The translations under genes and the position numbers were made by a program. Under the pieces are notes generated by a model. The model was not told the origin of the DNA. It searched no databases and was given only the letters and a program-made list of their open reading frames with translations. 64,000 nucleotides of DNA from Gnetum montanum (taxonomy: Eukaryota; Plantae; Gnetophyta): contig MNCI01000825.1 of the NCBI GenBank assembly GCA_015680685.1, positions 133,625-197,624 of the forward strand. Direction: 5' to 3'. Every line of letters starts with the position of its first letter. The first letter of the stretch is position 1. Below, one piece after another: positions 1 through 44,397 of this stretch.

Positions 1-3000
1 CAACCCACCTAGCCTATTTCTCCACCCCAACATCTAACTCTACCTCTGCAATAGTCTTACTAAATTCAATAGCAAACTTAGCCTCCAACTCCTTCCTAAT
101 CATGTTCTCAGCCTATTGTCGCTGCTAGTCAAAGCAATGTTGCTGATTAGTCATTGGCCCCTATCAATCCAAACTACCTTCACTAGGCCCCTACTCCAAA
201 TCATCATTATCCCCATGTCCCCGTGACCTTAGAAACAAGGATGACAACGCACCCTCCAAAAGGGGATGCTTGCGCATGTAGACCATGTTAAAGCAACATG
301 ATCTTATCATCCTAGGTTCCGCGGGCATAGCTGCAATCCAATGGACCAAGATGAGCCCTGAATGTCTCCCTCGTTTGCATTGCCTGAGAGAAGCCAATAA
401 AATTTTGGTAGATTCACCGTCCTACCTAGTTGCATGCAACACAAAAAAAAGCAAAATGTGCTCCTTGAAGCTTCTAGACATTGCCAAAGTAGACAAAAAA
501 CCTATCAACCAACTCCACCACCTATTGCCAAGTGGGCGGCAATGTCGACTTTGGGACTTGCCCACTTACAATCTTCAGGATAGGATCAATGAAGAAACCA
601 TCAACATCTTGCAACCCCTATCTTGCCGAAAGCATTGTTTCCCCCTCTTCTAGAATCCCAAAGTTAGAGTAGATAGCTTCTTTAGTTAACTTGATTTGAA
701 CCCCCACTAAAACTTGTGTGATCTCCCCTCTAATGATTGAAAAAAGCTTCATATTTGAAGTCAAGATCCCCCTATGAGAAGGGGAAGCAGGTCAACCCAA
801 CCAACATGAACCACCATCTCCCAGATAGTGTGATTTTGCATGAATAGCATGCAATCTAGTTCGAAGGTGGGTGCCATCTCCATGGTAGCATAGGCTTCCT
901 TACACAAGCGATAGCCCCGAATAGCAATTTGGTGTAGCAATGCTAGTGGCACTATGGAAAACTAGCTCATTCATCACCCACTGGAGAATCCTTGTGGAGT
1001 TGAAGAGGATATGCAAGCCCAAAAGCCCATCAAATGTTCATAGAGAAAGGGAAGAGCAAAATGAAACGTTGCAAGGTTTCTCAATCCATGTGGCACAGGC
1101 AACAGGAGGTGTTAATACAGATGCCACATTCTCGAAGAAATGCATGAACTAAGAGCACCCCTTGAGAGATGAGAGAATGAGGAATTTAATTTTATTTTTG
1201 GCAACCATACCCTCCAAATTTTCCACCAACTAGACACAGATCTATACTTCTATTATAAGATTTCCCATGGATGTGCAAGTATTGACCCTAAAGGGACAAG
1301 AGCTTAAGTGCAGGTGCAAGTTTTGTGCCAAAGATGTGAATCTTATTTTGAGCAATCCATCACTAGTAGTTTTGTTTAAGGATAGAAACCCACAATACTT
1401 CTTCATGGCCTTCCTCAAAGATTCACTTAATGAGACCCTAATGACCAAACATGATAGAGTCTTCAAACATCATCACCCAAAGCTCCCCAATAGCCTTGGG
1501 TCTAGTGATTTTCTCCTAGCAAATTAAATGTAGTCAGTTACCCCCTTTCCCACCTAACTAGATGAATTGTCTAATGATTTGGTTGACTTTATTGATAACC
1601 CGCTTAGGTAAGGAGACAACTAAAGTAATGTATTTGGCCATAGTAAAAAGCACAAAGGAAGCAAGGAGAACCTTACCCTTGTTAAAAATATGGACATCCA
1701 ATGTTCCACCCTAGATTGAACCCTCTGAATAAATTGGTACCAAGAGGCATTTCGGTGCCACGCATACATCAAGTTCACCAAATAGGAGTCTTTAGAGTCC
1801 CATGAGAGATCCCCAATGTTATACAAATCCTGCTTTTTATGACTCCATCCATAAGAATGAAGTGGGTTGCCGATTTATCCCAATTGACAGCCAGCCCTAG
1901 CTCCTTGGACATATGGCCTAGAGCCTTGGCAATAGCCACCGCTTGCAGTAGCCTTTGTCACAAGGATTATGTCATCCATGTAGTGATTGGTGATGCAAGT
2001 GAACCATTCAATGTTTAGTCCTTGAACCCCTTCAGACCTGCAATATTGATTCATTATATCCATGGCAAGTATAAAAAGGTACAATAATAAGGGGTCCCCT
2101 TCCATGGGGAGGAAACCCCCTAGAGATTCCCATTAATATCAAACAAAACGGCACATGTTGCTTGGATATTGATGCACATGTTAACAAATTTTGGATGATA
2201 TCCTTTCCTCAGCATAATCTCAACCAAGGACGTCCAACTAATAGTATTGCATGCCTTAGCAATGTCAAATTTTAAAAATATACCTCGGAATTTTGCCCTA
2301 TGGACAGAGTGCATGATCTCATGGAGGTGTAGGATTTGGTCCTGGATATACCTTCCTTTGACAAAACCAGCTTGTTGAATTCCAACAAGTAATGGCACAA
2401 GGGGCTGCATCCTTTTAACAAGGACCTTAGTGAACTAGTGGAGTAACATGTTACAAACCCCAATGGACTGGAAAGGAGGGTGGGTTTATTGACCTTTGGC
2501 ACCAAGACAATCCTAGAGCAATTTATCTCCTTCTTAACTTAGCCCCACCTAAGCATAACATTAAAGGCATCCATGATGTTGTCACCATGATGTTGTCACC
2601 CAATATGTCGATGAATTTCCTAAAAAACTCAATCAACCAACCATTAGCCCTTGGGGCTCTGCCACATTTCATAAATTGGATGACTTGAAAGAGCTCATGT
2701 TTTGTAATGGGGGCCAATAACTTGTCATTATCCTCCCTGTTGATGACCCGTTGGATGGGGATAGTGATAGGGGAGGAATCTCCCCCTCCCCAAATTTCCA
2801 TCTAGAACCATTGTAAAACCTCTGCAATTTCCTATGGTTCATGTACCATTATCTCCCCATCATTAATAGAGTGAATTGCTTTGGCCCCTTTTTCTCATTT
2901 GCCAAAATGAAGAAGAATTTAGTATTTCTATCCCCCTCCTTCCACCATTTGGCCCTTGATTTCTCCTTCTAGTATGCCTCCTCCTCCATCAATAATTTCT

Positions 3001-5525
3001 AGAGTGAACTAGCAAGTTGTGCTCTTCCTTCTCCAAGGCCTTCCCCTTTTCCTATCTCCCCTATATGTCCATCAACCATATCTATAGATCCATACAAAGG
3101 ACTTTGAAGGAATACTTATTTTCCTTTCAAACCCTTTTAATCTCCTACTTGAGTTGTTGCAAGAAGTCACATGGGTCCATCTAGACAGGGTACTTATTCC
3201 AAATATCCTTCACTAGCCTCCGAAGCCATCCTTTCGGTAGCCATGTTCATTCAACTCTAAACTTTGAGGGGAGGGGGTGCAGTACACACCGTATTTTGGA
3301 AGGAACATAACACAGCCCTATGATCAAAAGCCCTCTTCTCATGTCTCGTCACTAAGACAAACCTACTGAGAAAAAGGGCAAAGCTAACCCAACCACAATC
3401 AATCCTAGAGAGGACCTAAGTTGACCCGTTTTGTTACTCCATGTAAAATAGCACCCTTTGATGTCAACATCAACTAGGCCAAAATTGGGAATGAACTACA
3501 TGAATTCCTGACTCCCAAGGGGTTTAGCACTATACTCACTAGTCTTCTACGAATCATATAACCTATGGTTGAAATCACCCACCAAAACCCAAGCATTGTG
3601 ATCAAGGACCTTCATCACAATCTAATACAATTTCTACAAGTGATCCACCCTAGGGCTAATAGAAGTTTGTAAGCCAAATTCCCTAGGTTGGCAAGAAGGT
3701 GGTGACACTCCAGGTAGAAATGTGTAGGAGTTCCATCAACAACCTGGAGAGAGTAGCAAGCCCTCCAACCTACCCTCGATAGTCAACAAAGAAAGATGTC
3801 CAACCCTGCCAACATAAAAGATCTCTTTGCATTACCTAAAGCTTAGTCTCCTAGAGGTAGACAATCTCACAACCTCCCATTCGCATCAAATCATTAAGAG
3901 TATTTCTTGCATAGGGGGTACCATGCCCCCTAAAATTCTAAGAAAGGATCTTCATGGTCTAGTGGTAGACTATTTCCTATAGACCTCCCTAAGGGTCCCC
4001 AGATACCCCAAATAAATATCTTGTATTGTTTTCTTGGTATGCACCTCTTGTAGACTTAGTTTCCCCAACTTCTTTGTGTCCTAAAGAACTATGAAACCTA
4101 TTTTCCCCCCTAGAGTATTTGTCTCTTGGTCAATTCCAAAGGGGGATGAAAGAACCCCGAAGGATAGAGAGCCAATCCCCAAGGAGGGCCCGAGAAGGGG
4201 AGGTGGTGGGAAGCTCTTCCATTTATTAAGAAGGCATGATAGTAGGCTTCCTTCTGTCCAAAGATTCTTCATTTGCTTGTTGTAGACCAACCTCAAGGCT
4301 GGTTGGCTAGGGGAACCCCATCTTAGCAACCACCTGGTGCTTGTCCAAACTATTGAGGGGAGAGAAACAATTTCCCTCTATTGCTGTAGAGAAACCCTTA
4401 TTTGATTGTTTAGCTTGTTCAACCCTCTGGGAGGGAAAGGCAAGCCCATCCATCACCATAGGTGCCACTTTAACCTTCTTCCCAACCACCTACCATTCTA
4501 CCTTAGGGGCCTTTGGCTTTTGTGCAACTACCTTGGTACGCACCCGGCAATCCTTGCTGACATAATTCCTCTTCCCGGAAGGGGCACAACCTAAGTAGGA
4601 ACATTCTCATAATTAATCGATAGCACCTCCTCACCTAAGGGAAGAGCAAGATGAACCTCACACATGAGGTTAGTGGAAGAAAAGTGACTATCAAACATAG
4701 AACCTGACATAGCCCATATGCTCCTTAGAGGTGGTAAACTTGTCGAATGTGATAAACTCTCCAAAGAAATAGCCAGGGTTCTAAGTAACTCCTCTATCCA
4801 AATCTCCCACAAGATAACAAAAATCCTAATCTAGACCAAGGCCCTTGTGAACAAGTCTAGATCTCTATGGGCCTCCGAGTGCCAGTGGATCAGGGCCAAC
4901 CCTCAAGCACCAAAAAATTATGGGCCCCCTTAAGTATTTTGTTCCAATCCTCCTTATTTTGGAACATGAAGAATAGTAGGTTCCTTATAAGGAACTGAAT
5001 CTCCACATCACCCACTCCCCAAGAGGAGGCCATCCAACTTTTGATAAGATCTATCCTAGGGCACAGTCCCACAAATACAACTTTCCTAATTGAGTTCATC
5101 TACATAATTTGCAAGCCCTCTAGTAGAACGCCATGATCCATATGGAGGTGCAACCTCCCAAATTCATGTGTTATCCTATCAATACCTCCTAGGCCAGGAC
5201 ACCAAACTCCCACACCATGTTGTCTTCCCCAAAACTTGTGGGGCCATTCGTCCCTAGAGCGGAAGCCCTAGGCACAACAAGCCTCCCACTTTGTCTACAA
5301 CTTCCCCTACATGCACCTCAAAACTCTACATTGCCATCATCCGTAGCTACATCCTCAAGCACCACATCACTTGCACTCACCCCCATGCCTACCATCAATG
5401 CATCCTTACCCCAGTTCTGTTCTCGGCATTCCCACTTGCCCCAACATCACTCCTGGTGCTCCCATTCCATCACCAATATGTCTGCTTACCCTCACACCAC
5501 TCGCATCCATCTCCCAAAGTTGTTC
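1..5525 (-). mobile_element. L1-clade LINE, copy 1 (decayed; 3' end runs off the window), in PYD2 intron 11
   Basis: ORF1 remnants at about 3960-5510. ORF2 starts at ATG 3955 (MKILS*NFRGHG, APE N-terminus). RT motifs QQAGFVKGRYIQD, LKFDIAKA, GDPL..YLFILAMD, YMDD. A zinc-finger region is followed by the family-specific extension (about 1-950). The 5' boundary is approximate. Confidence 0.9.
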
Positions 5526-6678
5526 AAGATTAGATGGGATTGAACTTAACAAGTACCTATTTGACCATTCCTTGTGTTGCTTGTAGTCCTCTACATTGTT
5601 CTTTAGCTTTCATTAAGAGTTGTTTCTCCTCTATCCTAGTGAACCAAGATATCATCTCTTGTTGTAGCAATTCCTTGCAAGTAGACAAAAAAGAAGGCCA
5701 AGCAAGAGCAGAACCCTTATGTCAATGGTATCATACCTATGCTCCAAATGCAAGTAAACCAACAACATAAAGGGAATGGATTTCTACTCAATTTGTGAAG
5801 ATTCAAGAGGGGGAACAAGAGGATGAAAGCTCTAAGAAACATCAATTCATTATGGTAAAACTTCAATCAAGAAATCCTTTTGAACTTCTGTGATGGTGAT
5901 GTTCCATCTATGTGTATCTCCTTGCGTAATTCAAACTTTAGCTACGCCAACATGTTCTAATACCATGCTAGCCTTCAAGATGCAAATGTATTGACTTCAC
6001 ACAAGAGAAGCAACAAAGAAATATGCATGTGTAAAATACTACAAAGTTCACTCAACAATACATAAAGAAAGAGAGTGTCTCTTTATAGATTGTTTTAGGG
6101 TTAAGGATTTCTTGGTAACTAAAAAAGATTTTCTACCAACTTAAACTACTAAACTTAGTCATACACTTCATATGACATCATATAGCTTCATTCTAAAAAT
6201 TTTTGTCATAACCTACTGTATATTTATGTGCATTCAAGGTATTAACAATGATAAACTCATTATTCATAAACATGAAAATGGCTTTGCCTTTTGTGCTCCT
6301 CACTTTGGATCCCACATGAATATGAATTGGCCCAGGGAAACCAATTGATCACACCCTAATGCACTTTCCCCTTTATGTCTATTTCCATTACTACAATTTC
6401 TTAGCTGGCTTTAGCCTTCATATCTCATCCTCATTAAGAAGCAGATATACAACCAAAACTAAGTAGCACAAGATCTTAAAACCCCCAAAGTTTGATCTGG
6501 CTTGTTGAGGCAAATTTGCAAATGTGGCAGGTATCTTTTCTTTTCTTCAAACTATGCATCATTTGAAGAACAAAACCATAAAAAAGTTATCCTTATCATG
6601 CACACTATTTTTTAAAATTCTGACCAACATGAAAACTGTAGTTTTGGTATCAAAGCTTAGGAAAGAAATAAAACCTAC

Positions 6679-38591
<31,913 letters not shown>

Positions 38592-39349
38592 TCAGAATCC
38601 AACATGAACAATAACATTATATATATGTGTCGCGGAACATACAGGAAACCCAAAAGGAAGAGCTGAATATTTTATTTTTATTTTTATGATATGGATCATG
38701 GTTCCCCACAGTCCTGGGTTGGTATCTTCTGTCGTGAAATTCCTATCCCAGAGAATCTTCATGCATCACGCAGTAGTTTTCAGCCACAAGTTCCATAATT
38801 TGTCCAAATAAAAAACAAAAAAAAACAATTAACATTATTAATGATATGACTTACAACAGTCCATAATGAAAGAACGAGCTAAGGTGCCATCATGGATTAT
38901 CGGATGCATCCATGACTTTGAATTCTACGCTTGTGGATAACGATGATGAGTGGCCTTGGAATAGTCTTTGAAGGTTCTTTGGGCCCAATTCGTGAAATTA
39001 TAATCGAATGATTATAATAAGTGAAAAATAGGTACATCCTAAGATTTATAAAAGTTTATAATTCAGGGTTAGTAGAATCAAATCTATGACATGATTACTA
39101 AGCGAACATGATTACTAAGCAAACACCCTTACTAGGGTAGCATCTCATTGTTAATGATTAGTAAAATTAACTTCATTCCACTTACTTTTCTTCCCTCAAT
39201 GAAAAGCATTCTCTTTCTTTTCAACCTTAAATTATTCAAAACAAAATTTCCTTAGGCATTGTAAATCAATTACCATAGCAAATTAGAATTGTGTGTTTGA
39301 AATTGGTTCAATTAATTAGTAGCACTAAACTATGTACATAGAGGTAAGA

Positions 39350-41330
39350 TGATTTCAAAAACGATTTGTCAAACAAAATCATCAAGTTGAAGAAGAATCT
39401 ATAGAATCTTTCAAGCAAAGGTAAATACTTTTAGACCAAAATCCCTTTGATTTTAAAATTCAAAAAAATTTGGTTGAAGCTTGTTATGCTGAACACTGTT
39501 AGATGTTTTTGAAGCTAAAAGTGTTTTCACTAAAAATTGCATGTCCTAGCTAAAAATTGAAAGTGAACTTTGCAAAGAATTTTTTAAAGTTTTCCAAGAA
39601 AAATGTTAAAGTACCTAAATTGGAATCACTTTATATAAATAATGATAAAATTTTAGCAAATCATTTTTCTTACATTTTTCCATCTAAAGCTTTTAGCAAG
39701 GAAACTTTTAAGGCCTCTAATGTACATATTTCTCATCTTATAGCAAAAGTGCATCAAAGTATTCTTGAAACAAAAATTACAATGAAAGATATCAAAGCAA
39801 CGCCTTTTGGTTTAGCAAATGAAAAGCTATTAAACAAGTTTCTCTTAGTAGAAATAAAAATAAATGTGTAATTTATCTTCTTCATAAGGATGGATATTTT
39901 CAACATATTGGTAATTAGAGGCATATTGTTCTTTGTAACACTTCTAAAATTTTAGTTAAATGCATGGCTCATCTACTTTAAAAGATTATAGATGATATCA
40001 TGAGTCAACAAGTGTTGTTAAAGGTAAACATATTTTAAATAATGTAATTGTAGCACAGGGAGAAATGCAATGAGCCTCTAATACTAACCAAGACACTGCT
40101 CTTATTAAGTTATATTATGAAATTGAAATTCTATTACATCTATAGACCCTCTAGATATATTGGATAGTCCAAATATACATGCTATGAATTTTAAAAACTT
40201 CATTAAGAAAATTACCAAGTGTTCTTGGTAACGTTTCAATAAATTAGATGGGATTGAATAGGATTTTCTTATCACATGTACTTGTAAATTGGGGTTGCTG
40301 GTTACTTATTTATCTTGTTTGTACCCCACATACTAATACTAATGCTCAAGTTGCTACCAATTTTGGATTGAGTTCCTCCATTTCTCTTTAGTGGTCACTT
40401 CATCAAGATCGTCTTGTGGCTCCCTATCATTTCATTATTGCAACAAACCTTGTTTTACATAACCTGCATTATGATATTTAAATGATTATCATTAAAAGAA
40501 TTTTAAGTGATGATCAAAGCATGCAACTACTTAATATGCACTTTGTAGATGACTTTTTTATGATTACCAATTTTCTGCAACATATCAATATTCTGTTAGC
40601 TAAAATAGAGGAATCTTGCATGTTATTTGGTTCTTGTAACAATTGCCAAAAGTCTATTGTTTATTATAATTGTAATATTGATGAGTGGGTTACTCTTAAG
40701 CATTGGAAAACCTTGAAAAAAGATTTTATCTTCAATATTTTAGAAATACCTTTTTCTTTTGAGCCTAATTTGAATATTTTGTAGAATTATATGATTGATG
40801 AAATTCAAAAAAAAACTTGATAAATGAAAATAAAAAAAAAAAGCTTACCTTACAATCTACTCATGTTTATTACTCTAGATGTTGGTCTCCTATAGAAGCT
40901 TCCAATAATAGAATAGATCAAATTATTCTCCAATTTCTTTGGTTTGCTAAGTAAAATAGTAAAGGCTTTTTTGGAGTTGCTTGGGATACTTGCACTATGA
41001 ACAAGGTATCTCTCTCTCAGCAAAATGGATTGCAAAATGCATTGATATAGATGATACTTAGATGTTCTTCTTTAGAAATAGACTTATGCAAGGAAAACTC
41101 AAAATTAATAAAAATTAGTCTTCTAATAACTTTCTTCATTGTTTTCTTTTTCCTATGATTATTTCAATGCTTAAACAAATTTCAAAGACATGTATATACT
41201 TAGTAGGTATTGGAATTACAATCGTATTATAATTTTAGAAGATACGTTTAGGCAAATTACTTTATAGTGGCTTCCTTTTAAGGAAGGAGCTTGGACTACT
41301 CATTCATTTAGATTGTGTACCACTTCAAGC
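39350..41330 (+). mobile_element. Highly decayed LINE ORF2 relic upstream of PYD2
   Basis: RT-like remnants: ..NMHFVDDF.. (FADD-like), NCQKSIV, F.ILEIPF, and an upstream ITMKDIKATPFGLANEK linker-like motif. AT-rich with many stops; boundaries are approximate. Confidence 0.6.
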
Positions 41331-41378
41331 AAACTAGAAATCACTACAGTTTCTTATTTACATATTTATGATAGATGG

Positions 41379-43440
41379 TGATGAGTGGCGAGGTACCCCT
41401 ACACTCAACCATACGAATACGAGCGTTTTCATGCGCGATTCGGTCGAACTCCACAGATGAACTAGTTGTGGCACCTAGACAGTTATCCTTAGGTCGCAGT
41501 TCGCTATCTTCCCACCTGGACTAGTATTATATTTGTCACATATGGTTTAGTCCAGAGTGAGGCATATGATGTGTTCCTAATCTAACGCTACTCCTGAAGG
41601 CAATGGAAAGTGATATTAAATTAACTAATCTAGGAGAGAGAGGGTAAGAGAATCTAATCTAGCCTAAGTGCGATGAGCATCCGTTCCTTGATCATCTGTA
41701 CACATCTTGGACTTCGTGCACAACTACCACTAGGATTACCAAGCGCAAATCCTAGGTATGCCATTGGGTTACCAAGTAGTCACACTTAAATGCTCGTAAT
41801 CAAGTCGTATTCATTCCACATTCTAAGAGTTTAAGGGTGAGAGAGACTAATTAGGAAAGTAGTAAATAACAATTAANNNNNNNNNNNNNNNNNNNNNNNN
41901 NNNNNNNNNNNNNNNNNNNNNNNNNNNNNNNNNNNNNNNNNNNNNNNNNNNNNNNNNNNNNNNNNNNNNNNNNNNNNNNNNNNNNNNNNNNNNNNNNNNN
42001 NNNNNNNNNNNNNNNNNNNNNNNNNNNNNNNNNNNNNNNNNNNNNNNNNNNNNNNNNNNNNNNNNNNNNNNNNNNNNNNNNNNNNNNNNNNNNNNNNNNN
42101 NNNNNNNNNNNNNNNNNNNNNNNNNNNNNNNNNNNNNNNNNNNNNNNNNNNNNNNNNNNNNNNNNNNNNNNNNNNNNNNNNNNNNNNNNNNNNNNNNNNN
42201 NNNNNNNNNNNNNNNNNNNNNNNNNNNNNNNNNNNNNNNNNNNNNNNNNNNNNNNNNNNNNNNNNNNNNNNNNNNNNNNNNNNNNNNNNNNNNNNNNNNN
42301 NNNNNNNNNNNNNNNNNNNNNNNNNNNNNNNNNNNNNNNNNNNNNNNNNNNNNNNNNNNNNNNNNNNNNNNNNNNNNNNNNNNNNNNNNNNNNNNNNNNN
42401 NNNNNNNNNNNNNNNNNNNNNNNNNNNNNNNNNNNNNNNNNNNNNNNNNNNNNNNNNNNNNNNNNNNNNNNNNNNNNNNNNNNNNNNNNNNNNNNNNNNN
42501 NNNNNNNNNNNNNNNNNNNNNNNNNNNNNNNNNNNNNNNNNNNNNNNNNNNNNNNNNNNNNNNNNNNNNNNNNNNNNNNNNNNNNNNNNNNNNNNNNNNN
42601 NNNNNNNNNNNNNNNNNNNNNNNNNNNNNNNNNNNNNNNNNNNNNNNNNNNNNNNNNNNNNNNNNNNNNNNNNNNNNNNNNNNNNNNNNNNNNNNNNNNN
42701 NNNNNNNNNNNNNNNNNNNNNNNNNNNNNNNNNNNNNNNNNNNNNNNNNNNNNNNNNNNNNNNNNNNNNNNNTCTCCTTTTCTTCCATCACCTTCTTATT
42801 CTCTACGATTAATTTTGTTAGCTGCTCGGTTCTAAAGTTTTCTAGCTGGTCTGCAGGAACAAATTGCAGAGGGTCCCACTGTGCTGCTTGTAAGGCCACA
42901 AGCTGCTCTTGTAATTTCTGCACTTCAGCTTCAGCATGCTCTGCCCTTACTTCTGTTAAGACCAACTTCCCCTTTGTGGAAATGAGGTCTGACTGAATTG
43001 TTGTTACATCCTGAGGGATGTCAAACAGGGACGTCATTACTTGCCCTGTTTGAAGCAGTCGATCAAGCACATCCTCATGTTCCGCAGGAGTCATTGAGGT
43101 TCTGGCCAGAGTTTGAGCATCATGTGCTCTTGTAAGATCTGCAGGTGGCACAACAGGTATGTCGAAGGATTCTTTGATGTGGTCTGTGACCACATCTGCA
43201 GCTCCCATGGCATTCTGGTGTTGCATGACCACCACAGTGGCCCCTTCACCAGTCTCTAACTACACCTGGAAAGATGTCGCATTTCCTGAGATCTGTTGTG
43301 ATCATCTACTTTCCCCTCCTCCTGTGTGAATGGAGACTTCACCCCTTGTGCTATCCAATGAAATAGTAGGCTGCCTGGCATCATCGATGAGATGGAAGAG
43401 GTTTGCATCATCATGACCTTCAAGTCCTACCTTCATCAAT
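41379..43440 (-). mobile_element. Athila-like element fragment F: LTR end (41379 to gap) plus a coiled-coil accessory-ORF fragment (42773 to about 43440)
   Basis: TGATGAGTGGCGAGGTACCCC is the reverse complement of this family's LTR 3' end. A coiled-coil-like open frame (..EVRAEHAEAEVQKLQEQLVALQ..) lies right of the gap. Linkage across the gap is inferred. Confidence 0.55.
41877..42772. other. Assembly gap (896 N)
   Basis: Run of N. Confidence 1.
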
Positions 43441-43789
43441 GTTGCCATAAATATTCATGGAATTAAATAATTAGATGATAAAATAATGTTACCTTCTAGA
43501 TCCCTCGATCGTAGTTGTTCATTTTGGTGAAAAATGAAAGTGAAATCTAGATAGTATGGATTTGGATGCTTGTAGACTTACTTGTTATGGCACTTCATCT
43601 CAATTCTTAACAATTCTATCATGTATCCTTACTAAGTCATCAACAAGTGGAGAATATGCTTTGTGATAAGAAGTATTTTGTAATTGATAAGTATGTCTTT
43701 GAATAGAATACTATTATTTTTAAATGATAGTTCATTTTCAGCTATAATAGTGATTCTTGAATAATTATAACTATTAAAAACCCTACCAG

Positions 43790-44397
43790 TAGTCCCTAGC
43801 AATAACACCAATGATGAGTGGTAGAGTGACCCCTACATCCAACCATATAGATCACAAGCATTTACCCATAATCCAGTTGACTTTTGTGGACTAAGACTAG
43901 TTTAAATGTCTTAGATAGCTAAGTGTTAGACTACCAGTCACCATCTTTCCAAGCACACTTGTGAGAGCTTTATTTGTATGGTTAAGTATGATTGAGGCAC
44001 ATGATGAAAATATTATTATGAAAATATTAAACTATCAAAATATTAAATTTCTAAACTATTTAACCTAAGGGAAAGAAATAAATCTAATCTAGCTTAGGAA
44101 TGGATTATTCATTTGCAACTTGTTGTATATATCTTGAACATGCATCCACATCACTCGATTATCAATTATTCACTACTGAGCATACCACATGATATACTAC
44201 TAGGATTACTAGTCATTAACACTTTATTACTTGAAGTTGGTCATACTCATACAATTTAGTTAAGTGTGATAAAAATAAACTAGTTAACTATGTGCATGGA
44301 ATTAAGAAATATATAAAGTAAACTATCATTCAAAGAAGTATAAAGTAAAGCTAAATGTTGTAATGAAGAAAATGGATCTCAATTTTATTACCATAAT
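43790..44397 (-). mobile_element. Older Athila-like 5' LTR with PBS (element E), interrupted by element C and resuming at 54423-54555
   Basis: LTR terminus TGATGAGTGG at 43812, adjacent to a degraded PBS (minus TTGGTGTTATTGCTAGGGACT). The sequence on both sides of element C aligns collinearly with the LTR at 54556-55442. Confidence 0.7.

Noticed and set aside
1-6678. Remaining PYD2 3' exons, or the idea that the gene is truncated by a LINE
   Set aside because: No ARIFN/GSDAD-type exon is visible, but exon 11 has a normal GT donor and the LINE runs off the window. The simplest reading is another long intron.
41847-43235. 462-aa ORF in the ORF track
   Set aside because: Its length comes from translating 896 Ns. 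Only about 154 codons are real, and they look like a retroelement accessory-ORF fragment.
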